DNA of 64,000 bases from Magallana gigas (GCF_963853765.1 NC_088858.1:5394001-5458000), one strand, 5' to 3'. Shown: positions 41,501 to 54,587, counted from the stretch's first letter. A program made the numbers and translations. The notes: generated by a model not told the origin, from the sequence alone.

Positions 41501-44500
41501 CTTTTTTTTCAGCTTCTTCCAGATATGATAATTGCTCTTTGAACATGTTTAAGTTTTTAGCATGTCTGATTATGGTTTTATCGTTTGCTTGATACATGTA
41601 AAAAACATTTCATTGTCATGAAATATGAATGCATTCTGTGAAACAAATGAATCATATATATATGCTGTGTTCATATAGGTAAATCATATGCTCATTTATA
41701 AAAAAAATTTATTTGATTTAGATAATAATCATCAAATTTTAATCAACAATTTAACTGTGACTCAAGTTATACAGTGGATTTGTTCGTGTTGCGCAATCTT
41801 CAGATGTTGGTTGCAAACATTAGCCCCCTGTGAGGGGGCGTGTCTCCATGTGTGATTTGACATGTCTGATCTCTTGTTTTGGTGCTTCAGATGGCAAGGA
41901 TCTGTCCAAGACTAAGATAGTCTCACCCGCCCCTACCCCAGGAAAATCTCCAGGTCAGTATATGTCTGTGTCCCCTTGGCTGTTGTAGTGTCTAACGTTT
42001 CTGTCCGACCGTTTATGAACTGTTCTGTCCAATTGTTTATCAAGTGTCCAACCATTTATCAACTGTCCGTCTGTTTATTTTGTTTGGGAGAAGCCTTTGT
42101 TTTCGGTTTATTTCTGATTTAATTGACTGATCCAAATGGGTGGTTTTATTCTAGGTTAACTAATGTGTTGTTTTTAACAACTTTGGTTGTATATTGAAAA
42201 TTTTTTTGGTTGTTTTTTTGTTGAGATATTTTGTGTTGAACTAAAAAATTGTGGGGATGGAATTTATTCCTCCATGTTCAAGTTGACTTTGTAGTTTGTA
42301 CTCTCTTCTTTCAGTATTTTTATCGCCATATGAATTCAGAAGTTAATTTTCAGACTTTGATCTGTCACTTGAAGTATTCTATTGAGCAATTCCTGTTTTA
42401 AGGTAACAAAGTACAGGTGAACAGTAACATCAGTAAGGCATCCACAGGGGACTCTAACATTAACAAAAAGAGAGTGTCCTCCCCTAAGCTCTCCCGACTG
42501 CCTCTGTACAACTCCAATCCGAATCTACACCCAGGACGACCTTCATCTCCCTCCCTCATCCCGATCAAAGGTGAGCCAGGAGGAGGGCTAGTGTTTGTGA
42601 AGCATTATACAGCATTATACAGCATTGTGCAGCATTGTGCAGCATGAACTGAGTTTGAGGACTGGAACCTTGTGTTGGTGGAGGGGCATGTTCTATTTCA
42701 TATTTTTTTTTCAGTTTTTTCTTGTGACAGAGTTGTGCTAGCTTTTTCTGTTTCTGTGTATTGTACACCTGGACACCCAGTGTGTCTCTAACTTGTTCAC
42801 GTTGGCTGACTGATTTGAATGTGGAAGAGCTTGATGTCTGTATCTGTGTGTAATATGGTGGCAGGGTATCAAGCTGTAATGTGTCTACACTATGGGCTTA
42901 ATCACTCCTGGAGAACTCTCTCTTTTTTTCTCATCAGCATGTATTATTTGTTTGATGATTGACAATAAAATATTTAAAGGAGAAGCCTGATCTATTTCTC
43001 TCTTTCTGGTTTTTCTAGTTCCATTTTACAACTGTATGTTTGAGATCTTATTTTTCCTCTTAGGAATTCTTTCCTGAATGTTCAATATCATCTGGGTGTT
43101 TATTTTTTGCTGAGATGCTGTGATATGTGACTTAATTTGCTGAATGTTACTGACAAATCTTCTATTTATAGTTGTTCTTATATTGCTGTGCATGTGTATA
43201 TCAGAGTTTTGTGTGCCTATCTCACAATTACTTTCTGTTTCAGAAATGACATATGACAACTGAGATCATTTGATTTCAGAAAACCATGTTTTCATATGTA
43301 TTTCATTAACGAATGCCAAAATCATTGCATCAGTAAATTACATACATATTGAGTGGAAAAAATATTCTTATTTTGCTACACAAAGGGAAGCAACTTGTAG
43401 CAAAGAAATATTTGCAGGAGAAAATAACTATCTGATTTGATATTTCAGCCTCAACCACAAGTTCAACCAACAAAACCATTAAGGCGACTCGTGGGAGTGG
43501 CATCCCCGCCCCCGGGAGTGCAGGAACAAGGTAGGCTCTCCCTCAGCTTCTGTCCTCCTAGAGGGGCGTGTCCACGCAAATGTTGTGTTGTTTGGCTAGT
43601 CCTGTGATAAAACTCTCACAGCGGGGCTGCTCATTGACTTAACTCCTCAATCCTTCAAAGATATCTACTCAGAAATGTCTCAGAAAATTCTCCTTGATAC
43701 CTTTTGTTCATATTTTCATGTCTGAATAATAAGTCTTTTAATTTAATTAATTTGTATTGTATTAAAAACAATTCAACTCTAAATTTTCACTCGCCCTTGT
43801 ACCTGACTTGATTGCTTTTAGATGTAGGAGGTATGGGACTTTTAGATCCATATGTGATGGTTCAAACTTGATTAATAAACTATCTATTTGCTCTGATGTA
43901 GAGTAGTTATAAACTATTTACATGTATCTGTTTAATTAAACTTTCTCTGGGAATAGTGTTTCTAGTTAGTGTAACTTTTATAAAATTGGGAAGTTGTGTT
44001 GTATAAAATTTACACTCAACTGGGGGATAGAAATGTCAATGAGGATTGTATGGAGTATTTACACTAGGTGAACTTGGAAAAGGACATTAATGGTTGAAGG
44101 ATTGCTATTGAAGTTGCCTGATTAACTGCATGGGGCTTGATTGATAGCATTAATAATACAGGGGTTTTTATTGGTATTCAATATTGGGACAGCATAATTC
44201 ATGTGTATACACTAATCTTGTTAATTATTTATTATCTCTAAACAAAATTTTATTAAAGGGGATGGGTATTAAATGGCAACACATCAAAAAATAAAATTCA
44301 ATAAAACTATCGGTAAAATCAATGATAATCAAGAATCAATTTGGGGGGATAGCAATGGTCACTAGTCCCACGGACACCTGCGGCATTGTGTGTGTTCACT
44401 GGGTGTTGTATGTAGCTGCTCCTCCACTCTGTGTGTTGTTTGGTGTTTCAGAAGGGCCTCGGTCCCAACTATCTCCACCAGCAGAAGAGGATCTCTGAGC

Positions 44501-46231
44501 GGTCAGCTCCCCACCGGTAGTTACATGCGCTTACTCCTTCTGTTCTTGGCTTGGCTAGCTTAGACAGCTGACTTTTTCGGCTTTGTTTCCCTTTCTGCAG
44601 TTTTTTCTTTTCAGCTGGAACTGATTCTGCCAAATATATCATCATTAGGTTTTTTATTCAGTAAAGCAGCTTAAAGTGCAAATTTTTAATTCTGCAAATT
44701 TTATTTTCAGTTTATGCACAGCAAAAGATAGTCTAGAATCAAAAAGCTCATATTTTCATTTCAAGTATATCAGCTAGTATATCAACATTCTGTTATAATC
44801 ATTTATACTAGAAAAGTGAAATTTTATATATTCTTCAAGTTAAGAATAGTTATAATTTTAGTTTTATTTTAGCTAGACTGTATGTAAATTTATTTATTAT
44901 GTAAATGATAAGTTATATCAATATATATAAAGGCAGATAAAAAGAAATTTTTATCCTCTGCACAGGCATTCACCAGCACGGATCATTCTTTGTTACACAA
45001 ATCACTGCACCATATTAAAGTTCGACAATTTATTATTTTTGGTAATATATTATATTTGTAATAAGTTAAATGATATTTTTTGCGAGATTCATCTTTTTGT
45101 CCAATAAGCTGTGTATTCTAACACAGTATTATTAATTCAATTGTTATGACTTAGATAAGAAACATACCAGAATTACATTGTTCAAGGTATGTGATACATA
45201 CCGATAAACCAAATTAATTAATGGGTTTTTTTGTAAATTGATATAAGATATTTCAAATACATGTTATACATCAAAATAAAATTTAATATACTTAACCAAA
45301 TACAGTTACAAAGACTTTACATGTAGATATAACAAAAAGACTTACAGAAGCCTGACAAAGTTAAAATTTAAAAAACAGAATAAAAAATGGTTACTGATTG
45401 ATTCTGATAATCATTTACCCTTTTTATTTACATTTATTAACATATTGATATTTTTGTGATTAAATGTTAATAGGAGTTACCTCCCATTCCTTGTCCAAAC
45501 TTTGCTAAAGCTTTAACTGGCAAGCATCAGACTTCAGAGTGCTGTAAAACCATTAATTCAAGTCTTGATTTTAATAGAAACAATTAAAAATAATCAATCC
45601 AGATTTTGAAGCAATTTTTATTAATTAATACACTTGTGTTCAAAGTTTGATTTCTTGATTGATTTATTGTTGATGTTTTGAGTTGTATCACAAACTAACA
45701 TAGATCTGAACTCCCTCACCCCCGGTCCCCAGTCCCCCTCACCCCCAGCCTGGGGTTTACAGTACTTCATGTCACAGTTTCTCCCCCATATTCCTCTAAA
45801 TTTCTTATCTTAACAACTACAGTGACAGAACTGCCCTACTATAGACTCTAGAGTGTGTCACCCAGATCCTGTGAAATGTTATGATTAATTACACTCAACA
45901 AAGCATAAATCACCAGTGAAAGTTCAGGATTTAGTTAATCATCAGCTTAAAACTGTTTGTCATTTTGTTTGTATATGAATATTGTATTTACTGGTACGTA
46001 CAGTAAAATGAAGGTTATTTCCCTCATGAATAATAAAATAATATGTGTATATTTGGTTTTTGTAACAGAATTTCTCTGCCACTGGTGAAAATTGAATACC
46101 TAGACACACAATTATTGATTATTATTGTGTATTGATTGATTGTTGACAGAATGATTTATTTGAACATTTTTTTTGACAGAGGTGACTCCAAAAGCAAAAG
46201 GCAGTAATGGGGCACTCACTCCCTCCATCAA
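13037..46231 (+). CDS. PPP4R4: Serine/threonine-protein phosphatase 4 regulatory subunit 4 (HEAT-repeat PP4R4), multi-exon; 3' end uncertain
   Basis: In-frame GT-AG exons: 13037-13123, 13222-13295, 25016-25124, 31784-31931, 32162-32235, 32528-32634, 32925-33032, 33625-33746, 34386-34508, 34826-34929, 35898-35975, 36203-36322, 36543-36620, 36822-36908, 37024-37206, 37434-37539, 37722-38056, 38165-38242, 38417-38543, 38640-38681, 40520-40624, 41891-41953, 42403-42570, 43449-43530, 44452-44516 and probably 46180-46231. The translation follows human PPP4R4 as I recall it throughout (LTVDEHLSDIERSVYLL, QSRLACCRILGK, LCQDVDYEVRGCMCRQL, LPELVELTNDE, RKNSAFNFPAM, LLQQLDACVRKLL.AEKDKDV, KLVKSKSIN). 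The terminal stop exon is not resolved; exons after 38543 are less certain. Confidence 0.93.
17459..17568 (+). CDS. PPP4R4: Candidate alternative first coding exon of PPP4R4 (MEDIEVCYKNTSTGENVNLFWDEVPSSSLDEEDDLP)
   Basis: ATG at 17459 and donor CCAAG|GTATGT at 17568/17569. It ends in phase 2, the same as canonical exon 2, so it can splice in frame to exon 25016. It lies in a less AT-rich island of the 11.7-kb intron. Confidence 0.6.
18224..22024 (+). mobile_element. Outer Helentron-like non-autonomous element (interrupted by the inner element), with degenerate ~146-bp x4 (~585-bp) repeats
   Basis: 5' hairpin aaggtcttccgtttccaacggaagacctt at 18225. 3' aacggaagacctt + palindrome ttgttgctatagcaacaa + gtctagt at 21984-22024. 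Internal cttccgg-type motifs at ~20655/20800/20935/21095 repeat ~585 bp later (~21240/21385/21515/21675), with a third unit starting ~21815. Confidence 0.75.
18279..20530 (+). mobile_element. Inner Helentron-like element carrying a 437-bp tandem repeat
   Basis: Second identical 5' hairpin at 18281. 3' cggaagacc + palindrome ctcgttgctcgcaacgag + gtctag at 20491-20530. Motif ctctaaagtc at 18830, 19267, 19704 and 20141 (437-bp period, ~3.5 copies). Confidence 0.8.
25111..25200 (+). repeat. 31-bp tandem repeat (x3) spanning the exon 3 donor of PPP4R4
   Basis: ttcccaaagtcagggtaagtc at 25111, 25142 and 25173. Confidence 0.9.
26452..26740 (+). mobile_element. tRNA-derived SINE with conserved central domains (Meta/V-type)
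   Basis: A-box tggctcagttg at 26461 and degenerate B-box at ~26506. Then gtgttgtgtccttacacaaggca...aattgggtaccgg and aacctgcgatggactggtgtcccatccaagggg, which resemble central domains of marine-invertebrate SINEs as I recall them. The family name is not verified. Confidence 0.75.
33745..33920 (+). repeat. Degenerate ~11-bp minisatellite (ggtacactgta-type) starting at the PPP4R4 exon 8 donor
   Basis: Recurrent ggtacactgtag/ggtataccatag units. Confidence 0.7.
34128..34211. mobile_element. 84-bp palindromic mini-element with 9-bp TSD
   Basis: 27-bp arms tagccaagtgtccgattcgtttttctc / gagaaaaatgaatcgtacacttggcta (2 mismatches); CATC...GATG ends; ttacaatag duplicated at 34119-34127 and 34212-34220. 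Confidence 0.8.
34536..34751. mobile_element. Degenerate TA-flanked MITE
   Basis: TA|ctgtaaacctactttt...tttagtctatag|TA; only the termini are recognisable. Confidence 0.4.
39332..39501. mobile_element. Tc1/mariner-type MITE, uninterrupted relative of 9295-9938
   Basis: TA|cagtcaaac...tctcgaac ... gttcgagatatcgaagttcaactg|TA; shared internal gtggttggg and cacttc motifs. Confidence 0.7.
42601..42645 (+). repeat. 10-bp tandem repeat (agcattatac/agcattgtgc) x4.5
   Basis: Directly visible just downstream of PPP4R4 exon 42403-42570. Confidence 0.8.
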
Positions 46232-49200
46232 GTACGTCTCGCATTCTGTTTTTATGTGATCTATATGTATTCTATATAACAGGTAAATTTGGCTCATAAG
46301 ACATCTTAACTTACAGGGGCAGACTTAGAATTGGCAAAAGTTATTATTATATATTTCCTAAAAAAATAAAAGTTATCATATTCTCAGGTTTATTTTGGAG
46401 ACTGAATTGGCCAGATATTGCTGCACCAATATGTGATGTCTGACATTTGACCAAAATGTTTTTGATAGTGATGAATGAAGTGCCAAAGAATCACATTGAA
46501 AGCTCTGAGAGAGAAAGAGCAAGATAGATAGTACATGTATATGTTCTGGTTTTGCTTTTAGGGAAAGGAAAAAGTCGAGATAATCTGGATTAGTGAGAAG
46601 AGCTGAATTGCGCACATTGATGCATCCAGAGAAACCTTGCTGTTTCCATAGCGACTGTGATAGGACCAATCAGATTACCTGTGACATGTATTATTGTATA
46701 ATGACACTTGTGTGTAATTTAAATACTGCTGAAGAAAAGGAATTGACAGACTGCTAAAAGAATGTAATATGACATTTATGAAATAATGCAAATGCATTTT
46801 TGATTTCTGTTATATAAAAAAGAAATGGAGAATCTACTGTGTAAAAATAGACAGACACAGTCCAGAGAAAAAAATGAAGCCAAATTGTCACCTATAAGTG
46901 CTCCTGAGAATTCAGACATTCCATTTAATTTTTTTTGTGTACATTTTATAGTCATTATTTATAGTCATAGTATAAAGTGATGATATATACAAATCAAAAT
47001 CCTATAATGATGTTGTCCTATTGATGTTCAAGAGATTTAAGATTGTAACAGGATGTTATTTACCATAATTGTTAGTTTTGATTGTTAGGAAAACTGCATA
47101 ATTAATTGTCTGAGTTAGTAAATAAGATTTCTGTGGTTCTAAATCAATGCATGTACATTGTACACGATAATCCATTTTTACTGTTTCATTTTGTAATTCA
47201 TGATTTATATTTTGTAATATAAAAAAGTGCCTAATTGTTTGACATCTTGTGCATTAATTTTGAAGAAGACATAATATCCCTCCTACAGCACTGTAGATGG
47301 ACTGTTTGAAAGTAATATTTAAACTGTCACTTATATATACAGCCGTGCGTAGATATCAATTTTCAGGTGCAATCATTAGCCACAGACTTTGAATCATGTT
47401 AGATGAATTTTGATTTCTGTATGTGTATGTACAAGAACTTCATATCATAAGCTGATAAATGTGAAAAAACTGAATGCTTATATCTTTGTGTGCAAGTTAA
47501 TGAAAGCATTTACATAGAAAGTAAAAACCTCAGTAAACTGTAGTCATTCCAGTATTCTATAGAAACTGCTGTATTGTATTGTGATCAAACACATGTTTAA
47601 GATATATGGCAGATTTAGCAAACTGAGAAGGTGATGTATGAAATTAGGTGTTCTGTGCAATTGTTGATGTCTACATAGAGTGAAAGGGACATAACTCCAG
47701 GTGTGCATGATAACCAAGTATTTTCATGTGCTGTTACTTGTTGACAGATTATTTTTGAGAGAAGTTGTTTATTTTTGTTGATTAAATAAACTAGATGTGC
47801 CTGTTGTAAACGTGAGATTTTTATCCCCAAAAGTTGCAGTCATTGCAAGTTCTTAAAAAATAGATCTGTATGATGCATGAAGTCTTTGTAGAAATCCATA
47901 TTTTACTGCAGGAACACTTGATATGTAAAGGCACCTACATCTGATACTTTTTGAACGTTTTATTTTGATTTTGCACTATACAGCAATAGATTCAGTAGAA
48001 TGTAAAAATGAAGATTTATTACTGTTATTCATAATCAATAGTCCAATATTGCGCAACAGGAAGGGAATTTTACCTGTCCAGTTTGAATTTCAGTGCTTAC
48101 AGATTTCATCTTGTACTATGAATACCTGACAGTATAAGAACTTTACTCTGTAATCCACAAAGAATTACAGCATGTAGTTTACTATTTTCAGTATGGCGAT
48201 ACATATATAGGGCTCTTTACATAAATTGTTGATTTTCTTTCTTTTTCTAAAAGATACATTTTCTTGTTATTTTCAAACCTTTAATGTTGTATGATAAATA
48301 GGTAGATACAATTAGTTAGCATGAATGTGCTGCCGTCCCAAAAGTTATAAGAAGTAAATTATTTATTTTGTTGTCTCGCAAACTATTTTCCCTCAATATT
48401 CTTTTTTATATACTATCAATAACTGAACTTATAGGGTCACCACTGTGTTGAAACATTTCTGCTGATTTTTGGACTGGTTTCAAGCTTTGATTTGTAGTGA
48501 GAGCATGCATGTAGGTGCTTTAAGCTGTCTTGTTAACTGATGATGTAAACTCAATGCAATATTATTAAATGACTCAACTGATTGTCTTTGTGTTTAATTA
48601 ATACATATTTTAAGAAAGCCTCTAAACATCAGTTAGTGATGTGGATAGAAGTACACTGAATTCAATCATGGAATCCAATACACGTATTAAATCTCTGAGG
48701 AAGATAGCTTTAACTACCTTGCACTTTGAACATAATTAACTGGAGGTGCACACAGGTGGATCAAATTTGTACTTTGTGTCAAACGGAGCGTTTGAATGTT
48801 ATCATTGTCTTCATGCTTCTTGAACGGGAAAATAGTTTTTTTTTATTGTGTTATCCCACCTGCACTAAAAGCTTTCAGGTGCTGCATGTGCAGGGTTTTT
48901 TTTTACACCGTTTGATTAATTGTGGGAGATCAGATCAGGGAACATGATGTAGGGGGTCTGTAGGCACGAGACAATGGTCCATAGCCTTGTATATCCCAGA
49001 CCTCTAATTAAGCATCATTATGATGGGCATCACGGCATCGATGTATATCTACAAGACAACGCCTCCCCACCTGTGTGGTGGCGGATTGCATGGGAACCGG
49101 TGATGACCAAACGACCTGAGAGTCGGAACTCGGTCAAAATCGCCGTGCTAAAAACCACCAGGTCCGTCCGACGTTCCATGTTAATGAATTCAATAAGAAT

Positions 49201-52031
49201 GACTTTTGATTTTTAAACTGCTCATTACATTGTTTTATTGGACAATAAATGCCATGTTTGACGTATGTTTTACATATGATTTATGTCTTGGAATGCCCTC
49301 AATGTTTTACTGTGTTGTTTGGTGATGTTTGTTTCAAGTACGGAACTACACAGTCTGGTTGCTAATAGCAACCAGACCTTGTTTGCGTGGCTGGACCAGT
49401 ACCACTGACCCAGGAGCTTGTCAAATATGAGGAAGTGATCGTCTTTGTCAAGTGCAATAAAGTACGACAAACAATATTATAATTACTAGCATATCGAGTA
49501 GCGGCACGTCTTCTGCTTCGAAAAAGGGGAATGCAGACCACTTCACTATTACACAACAAAAACTCTACACCCCGCGACATCGGGGTAAAGACACGCTAGT
49601 TCTCCCAGTTTTCTCGGTTCTAATGTGTTCTACAGTGATAGGGTCGATGTGGAACTGCACCGAATAACTAGGGACCATTTAAAAAAAAACACTTAAAAAA
49701 TCCCAGGGGGTCTGAAACTTGTATACATATAGAACTTTGATTTTTACAAATGATTATAGATATATACTAAAATAACTATAAAAAATTAAGCAATTTGTTA
49801 CAGCTGTTAGTATGAAAAGAAAAGTGCACAATAATTATTAGGGTCGCATGAAAGACAGTTTTCCATAAATCTTCCAAGCAACAAAAAAACAAATTTATTT
49901 GAGATCAAACGATTGAATTAACAAACAGAAACAGAAAATCAAACAATTAACTGTACTTTTATTTTTTTTTATGGTAGAGAGCATAAAATTTATGCACGGT
50001 ATAAGAACTTGAAAAGTGCATATTTTCCATGAAGTCCACATTTTCTTTTCATTGGCACATTTTACTCCTTATTTCATATCCTATGTACGAATAAAATTAA
50101 AGGTTTTCCTGTCGGAAATTTTGCAAATTTATTAAACATTCCTAGATTTGGTTACGAAATTATTTTTCCTCCTTCCGCCGAACAGATCATCATTTGCGAA
50201 TCTTATATTGTGTTCTGTTCAAGAATTATATTGCTGAAAAAATACAACAAATTATTTGTAGCTTGTCACATCGTGGGAGGTAAGTGACGTCACCAATTTT
50301 AAGGTGATTATCATTTAGTAGAGAACATTCCAAATAATTAAGGAGCATTTCCTATATCATCATACCGAGCTCTTCTTCTCGAGAAGATTAATACAGTCTA
50401 AGCATAGCCACGGCCACCCAGTCCTCACAGGGGAGTTTGATATCGTAAAAGTCCTACAGATTTCGAACCAATGACTTTTAAGTCTCTCCAATAAAAAAAA
50501 ATTCCAAAGATGTGCAAAACGGGAACAACCCATTTTTTCTGTATTAGATTTTCAGATGTGTGCAAAACGGGAACACAGTTAACCATTGTAGATCAGTATT
50601 AACTGAAAATCAAAGAAAAATAAAAAAAAAAAACGCGCAAAAGAGTCAACCTTGGTGGTTTTGTTTGTCGGGAACTGTAGAGACTAGAGGGATATTCCTA
50701 TTTGATTTATTGCGCAGTTACCTTGCTTTTTAGGGTGGTATAAATGACAATCTTAAGTTAAATTTCAAAATCAAAAAGAATGCATGATCACAGATCTTGT
50801 TTTGTTGAAAACTCTCTGGTTAACAACAATTGATAGAACTATAAAAAAGAGTGACATTGAAAGTTGAGGTTTCATTTGTAGGCGTTATTATAATGATTTC
50901 ATTTTGGGCATGTACTGTCTAAAGACTGGAAGGAAACCAATCAACCACAATTCCTAAAGATAGAAGGGAAACCCCGATTGATTTTGTGAACGTTCCATAA
51001 ACATTACTCTATACCGCAATCACTCGATAACGATGGGTTACATACATTTACTGCTACAGAATAAGTCTTTATCTGTCCACAATATTGCGGTTCTTTCTAT
51101 TGCAATACCTCAATAATTACAACATGCTTGTAGTGCACGCTGTGTTGTCGAATTCTTTAATGTACTGACGATAGCAATGTTCACACTATTTAAAGATACC
51201 GAGTTTGGTAATTAAATTTCTTTAACTTATGTTCTTTACGTAAAGAGTTCACATCAATTATAATTTGTCAGAATTCAGTATATTTTTGTAAAATGTATTT
51301 GTTTATCATACAATAATAAATTACTAACTTCATGATTTGAAAGTGTTTGCGCAAGAATCATATTGTACATTTATTTGTATCATGTTATTCGGGAACCTTA
51401 ACATTTTACATTATTCAATGTACAACATGATTCTTGCGTAAAACACTGTCAAGTCTAATAATGAGGAGTCCAGCGGCCTCCGCTTCAGTATTACATCAAC
51501 CACATCAAATTAACCTTTTTCTTAAGCAAAAACAAAAATCAAAGAAATCAAACTAGTCGTATTTATTCACTATCAATATCCTTACATTGCTTATATCCAC
51601 CTTTGTACATGTTTTATTAAACACCCTTTAAAGCTCATCAAAAGTATTGATTACTTTAAAACAAAATTTTACAATGATTCCTGGTGTTTTTAGAACTGCA
51701 GATACATGTAGCAGGTGGCTTTGTAAAGTGGATAGGAATTATATGTATATTCCTTGTTGAATTTGCCTTTGTCTGTGATCTTTAGTAAGTATTACCTCCT
51801 GTTATCGCGGGGTGTTCTTTGTTGAATGTCAATCAAACGCAGATTATCGCAAGGAGTCAGTGAAACAGTATACTAATGTAAACTGTTCTGAAATAGTTGC
51901 AATTAGTTGCATTGCAATTTTCTGTCCCCATTACATGTTAACCTGTTGACTGACTCTAAACCATTTTCTCTCTGATCAATCAGGGTGATCAATACACCAA
52001 TGTCTGTCGTCACAGGTCCCGGATATAATCT

Positions 52032-52713
52032 TCATCGGCTGAACACTCGTTTGATGAGACTGGAGCGGCGCTTCCTGCATTTCAAGGTGGCCATCACCAC
52101 TTGTTCGTATACCTCCTTGACGCCCGTCTTGTCGGCTGCTGAGCACTCTACGTAACAGAACGCTCCGATCTGTTTGGCGAGGCTCTGTCCCTCTTCCTTG
52201 GTGATGTGGTCAGTCTCCCCCTGTCTGAGGTCCGTCTGGGTGGCCACCAGGACAACAGGTCGTTTCCTGTCCACCTGCTGGATCTCGGGGACCCAGAATT
52301 CACGCACGCTCTCCATGGACTCCCGATCCACGGCGCTGAAGCAGACGACAAAGATATCGTTGCTTCTGTATTCCTGCGTTCTGACTTGATCGTAATCATG
52401 CTAAAATGAAAAAAAAATCAAGAACTGATCTAATTTTACATTTTAAATTTGTAAAGTTTAAACTATTACATTTTCAAGGTAGAATATCCTGTTAATATAG
52501 TTAAATTCAATTTAATGTTTATACCTGTCCAGATAAATCCAGAATGCTGAGAGAATATTTGTCTCCAGCTACAAATAAGGAGGCTGAATAGATGTCCTCT
52601 GTGGTAGCAATGTATCCCTCATCAAAGTTCTGGCCTGTGATGGCCTTTGCAAGGGAAGACTTCCCAATCATGGCATCACCAACCAAAGAACACTGCACTG
52701 TATATTTATCCAT
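52032..52713 (-). CDS. Atypical Rho/Cdc42-like small GTPase, 185 aa, 2 exons, no CAAX
   Basis: Exons 52713-52525 and 52400-52032 (124-nt GT-AG intron, phase 0). G1 GDAMIGKS, switch I YIATTEDIY, G3 DLSGQHDYDQVR, G4 ATQTD, G5 ECSA; also Rho-typical VVCFS and W.PEI. C-terminus KCRKRRSSLIKRVFSR*. Confidence 0.92.
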
Positions 52714-52777
52714 TGACACAACCGTTCAAGATTAAAAAGCAGAATACTTCTGTTGGAAACTTTGGCGGTACTCTGTA

Positions 52778-52783
52778 TTTATA
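52778..52783 (-). promoter_or_regulatory. Candidate TATA box of the Rho-like gene
   Basis: TATAAA on the minus strand ~65 nt upstream of the ATG; CCAAT (plus strand) at ~52802. Position is plausible but untested. Confidence 0.5.
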
Positions 52784-54587
52784 TGTCTGAATCAGATTCG
52801 TCCAATTAAGAACTCGGTGGCACAATCTATTTTTACTCTCTGGATTTTAAGCAATAATTTAAATGGCAAATTTTCTGTTTTCTCTTGGATTCTTTGTATT
52901 AAATACAGTATGATGCACTAGAAAGTGTAAGCTTGAACTTCTGGACGTAAAACGAAAACTAAAATCGATGAGTTTTTTAAGATGGGCTTACATACTGGGA
53001 TTTTTAACATCATATTATTTTATATACGTGAACTTGAAATCATGATTTCATTTAAGTTCCAAGCAGATTTTTGTTTTGATTAACTCATATACATATACAG
53101 TGTACATGTTACATTTTTAGTTTATAAAAACCTGATATATATTGTAAATCCTTTTCCCCATATGCGATGTACTGATATGTTATTATCATGAAAGACGTGT
53201 TGTTATATTCTTGTTTGTAAAGAATCAATAAATGGTAAAAACTAAAAAAAAAAAAGAGTTCCAAGCAGTACTACAAGTAGAACACATGGGTTCATTTCTA
53301 TCCCATACAAATGAAGGTTAATTAATTGCACTAAACACTTCAAGCCTGATTTTAGCTGTTATATGAACAGAATTATAGAAAGAAGGCCCACTGACCACGG
53401 TGATAATAAGAGATGATTTTTATAGACCACAGAGGACAAAACCATTACGATATCTTATACGACGCAGTTCTCTTGGGGACCACTGCTAATTTATGTATAA
53501 TATGTCATCATTAATTAATTAGGCAGAAGTTAAACGATTGAAAACTATTTAACGAGGTGCTTAAAATTGTTAGTGAATTAATCTTATGAGACATCTAATA
53601 TTTCCAGGGAAACCGTTTTAAAGTAAAAGTATCTAATAGTGTTGTTCTAATTGGCGCCGTCTTCTATTGCCAGTCATCCATGCTTGGTCGCTTTGATCTA
53701 TAACCAGTAATATCACCAATGCGGAAAAAAGGACAAGATATGAAATGAATTGACATTAACAACGTGTTGTCTCTTATCTGTTGTAAAGTTTTTAAGTAAT
53801 TGATTCTTTCATTATTGCTTTAAATAGTTAAATTTGAGTAGCTTTTCTTTTGTTCATTGATAAAATTATTAATATGTGGGAAAATGTCAATATTTCATCG
53901 TCGTATGCGGAAACTTGATGTGAAAACCTTCCCACTTTACTACTTTAAATTAAGGTTGAAAGTGGAGTATCGCAAAAAAGGAAAGACAATAAAAATCATT
54001 GTCATGAGAAGGGATAATATTAAAATGACATAGATATGTTAATTATAAGAAAGATGGGGATTATTGGGGATATTTATTACTGCGCACTTTTGACATTCAG
54101 ACTTTTTTAAATATATATAAATCCTCCTCTAGATACTTCATGTTGTTTTCTATGTCAAACAGAGCTCTCCGGGCTTTATAATGGCCCAGTGAACTTTTCA
54201 TAAAGTGCGACCTTGATGCATTACACCAGACAAAGTCAAATTCTGCAGCTTTGATCACCCTGGTTTGAAATGTATGGATCAGTATTTTAAGATTCACTTT
54301 AGATCCACCTAAAGATTCGGTCTAAAACATTTGTAATGGATGTTTTTGGCAACATAATTGAAATATTTTTATGGTTGTAATTGCAGAGTTGAATAATGTC
54401 GTAATGCTTAAAACGTGATTTTTGCAACGAATACGTGTAGTAAGACAACTTTTACACCTATTTACAAACTTAATGTTAGAAAAATACAGCTCTTTTTTCA
54501 ATTCCATTGACTAGAGTCCTTGTGTAATAGCAACAAAAGTAACACAAGACAGCAAATACCATTGGTGATTTCAAATCAAAACATCGA

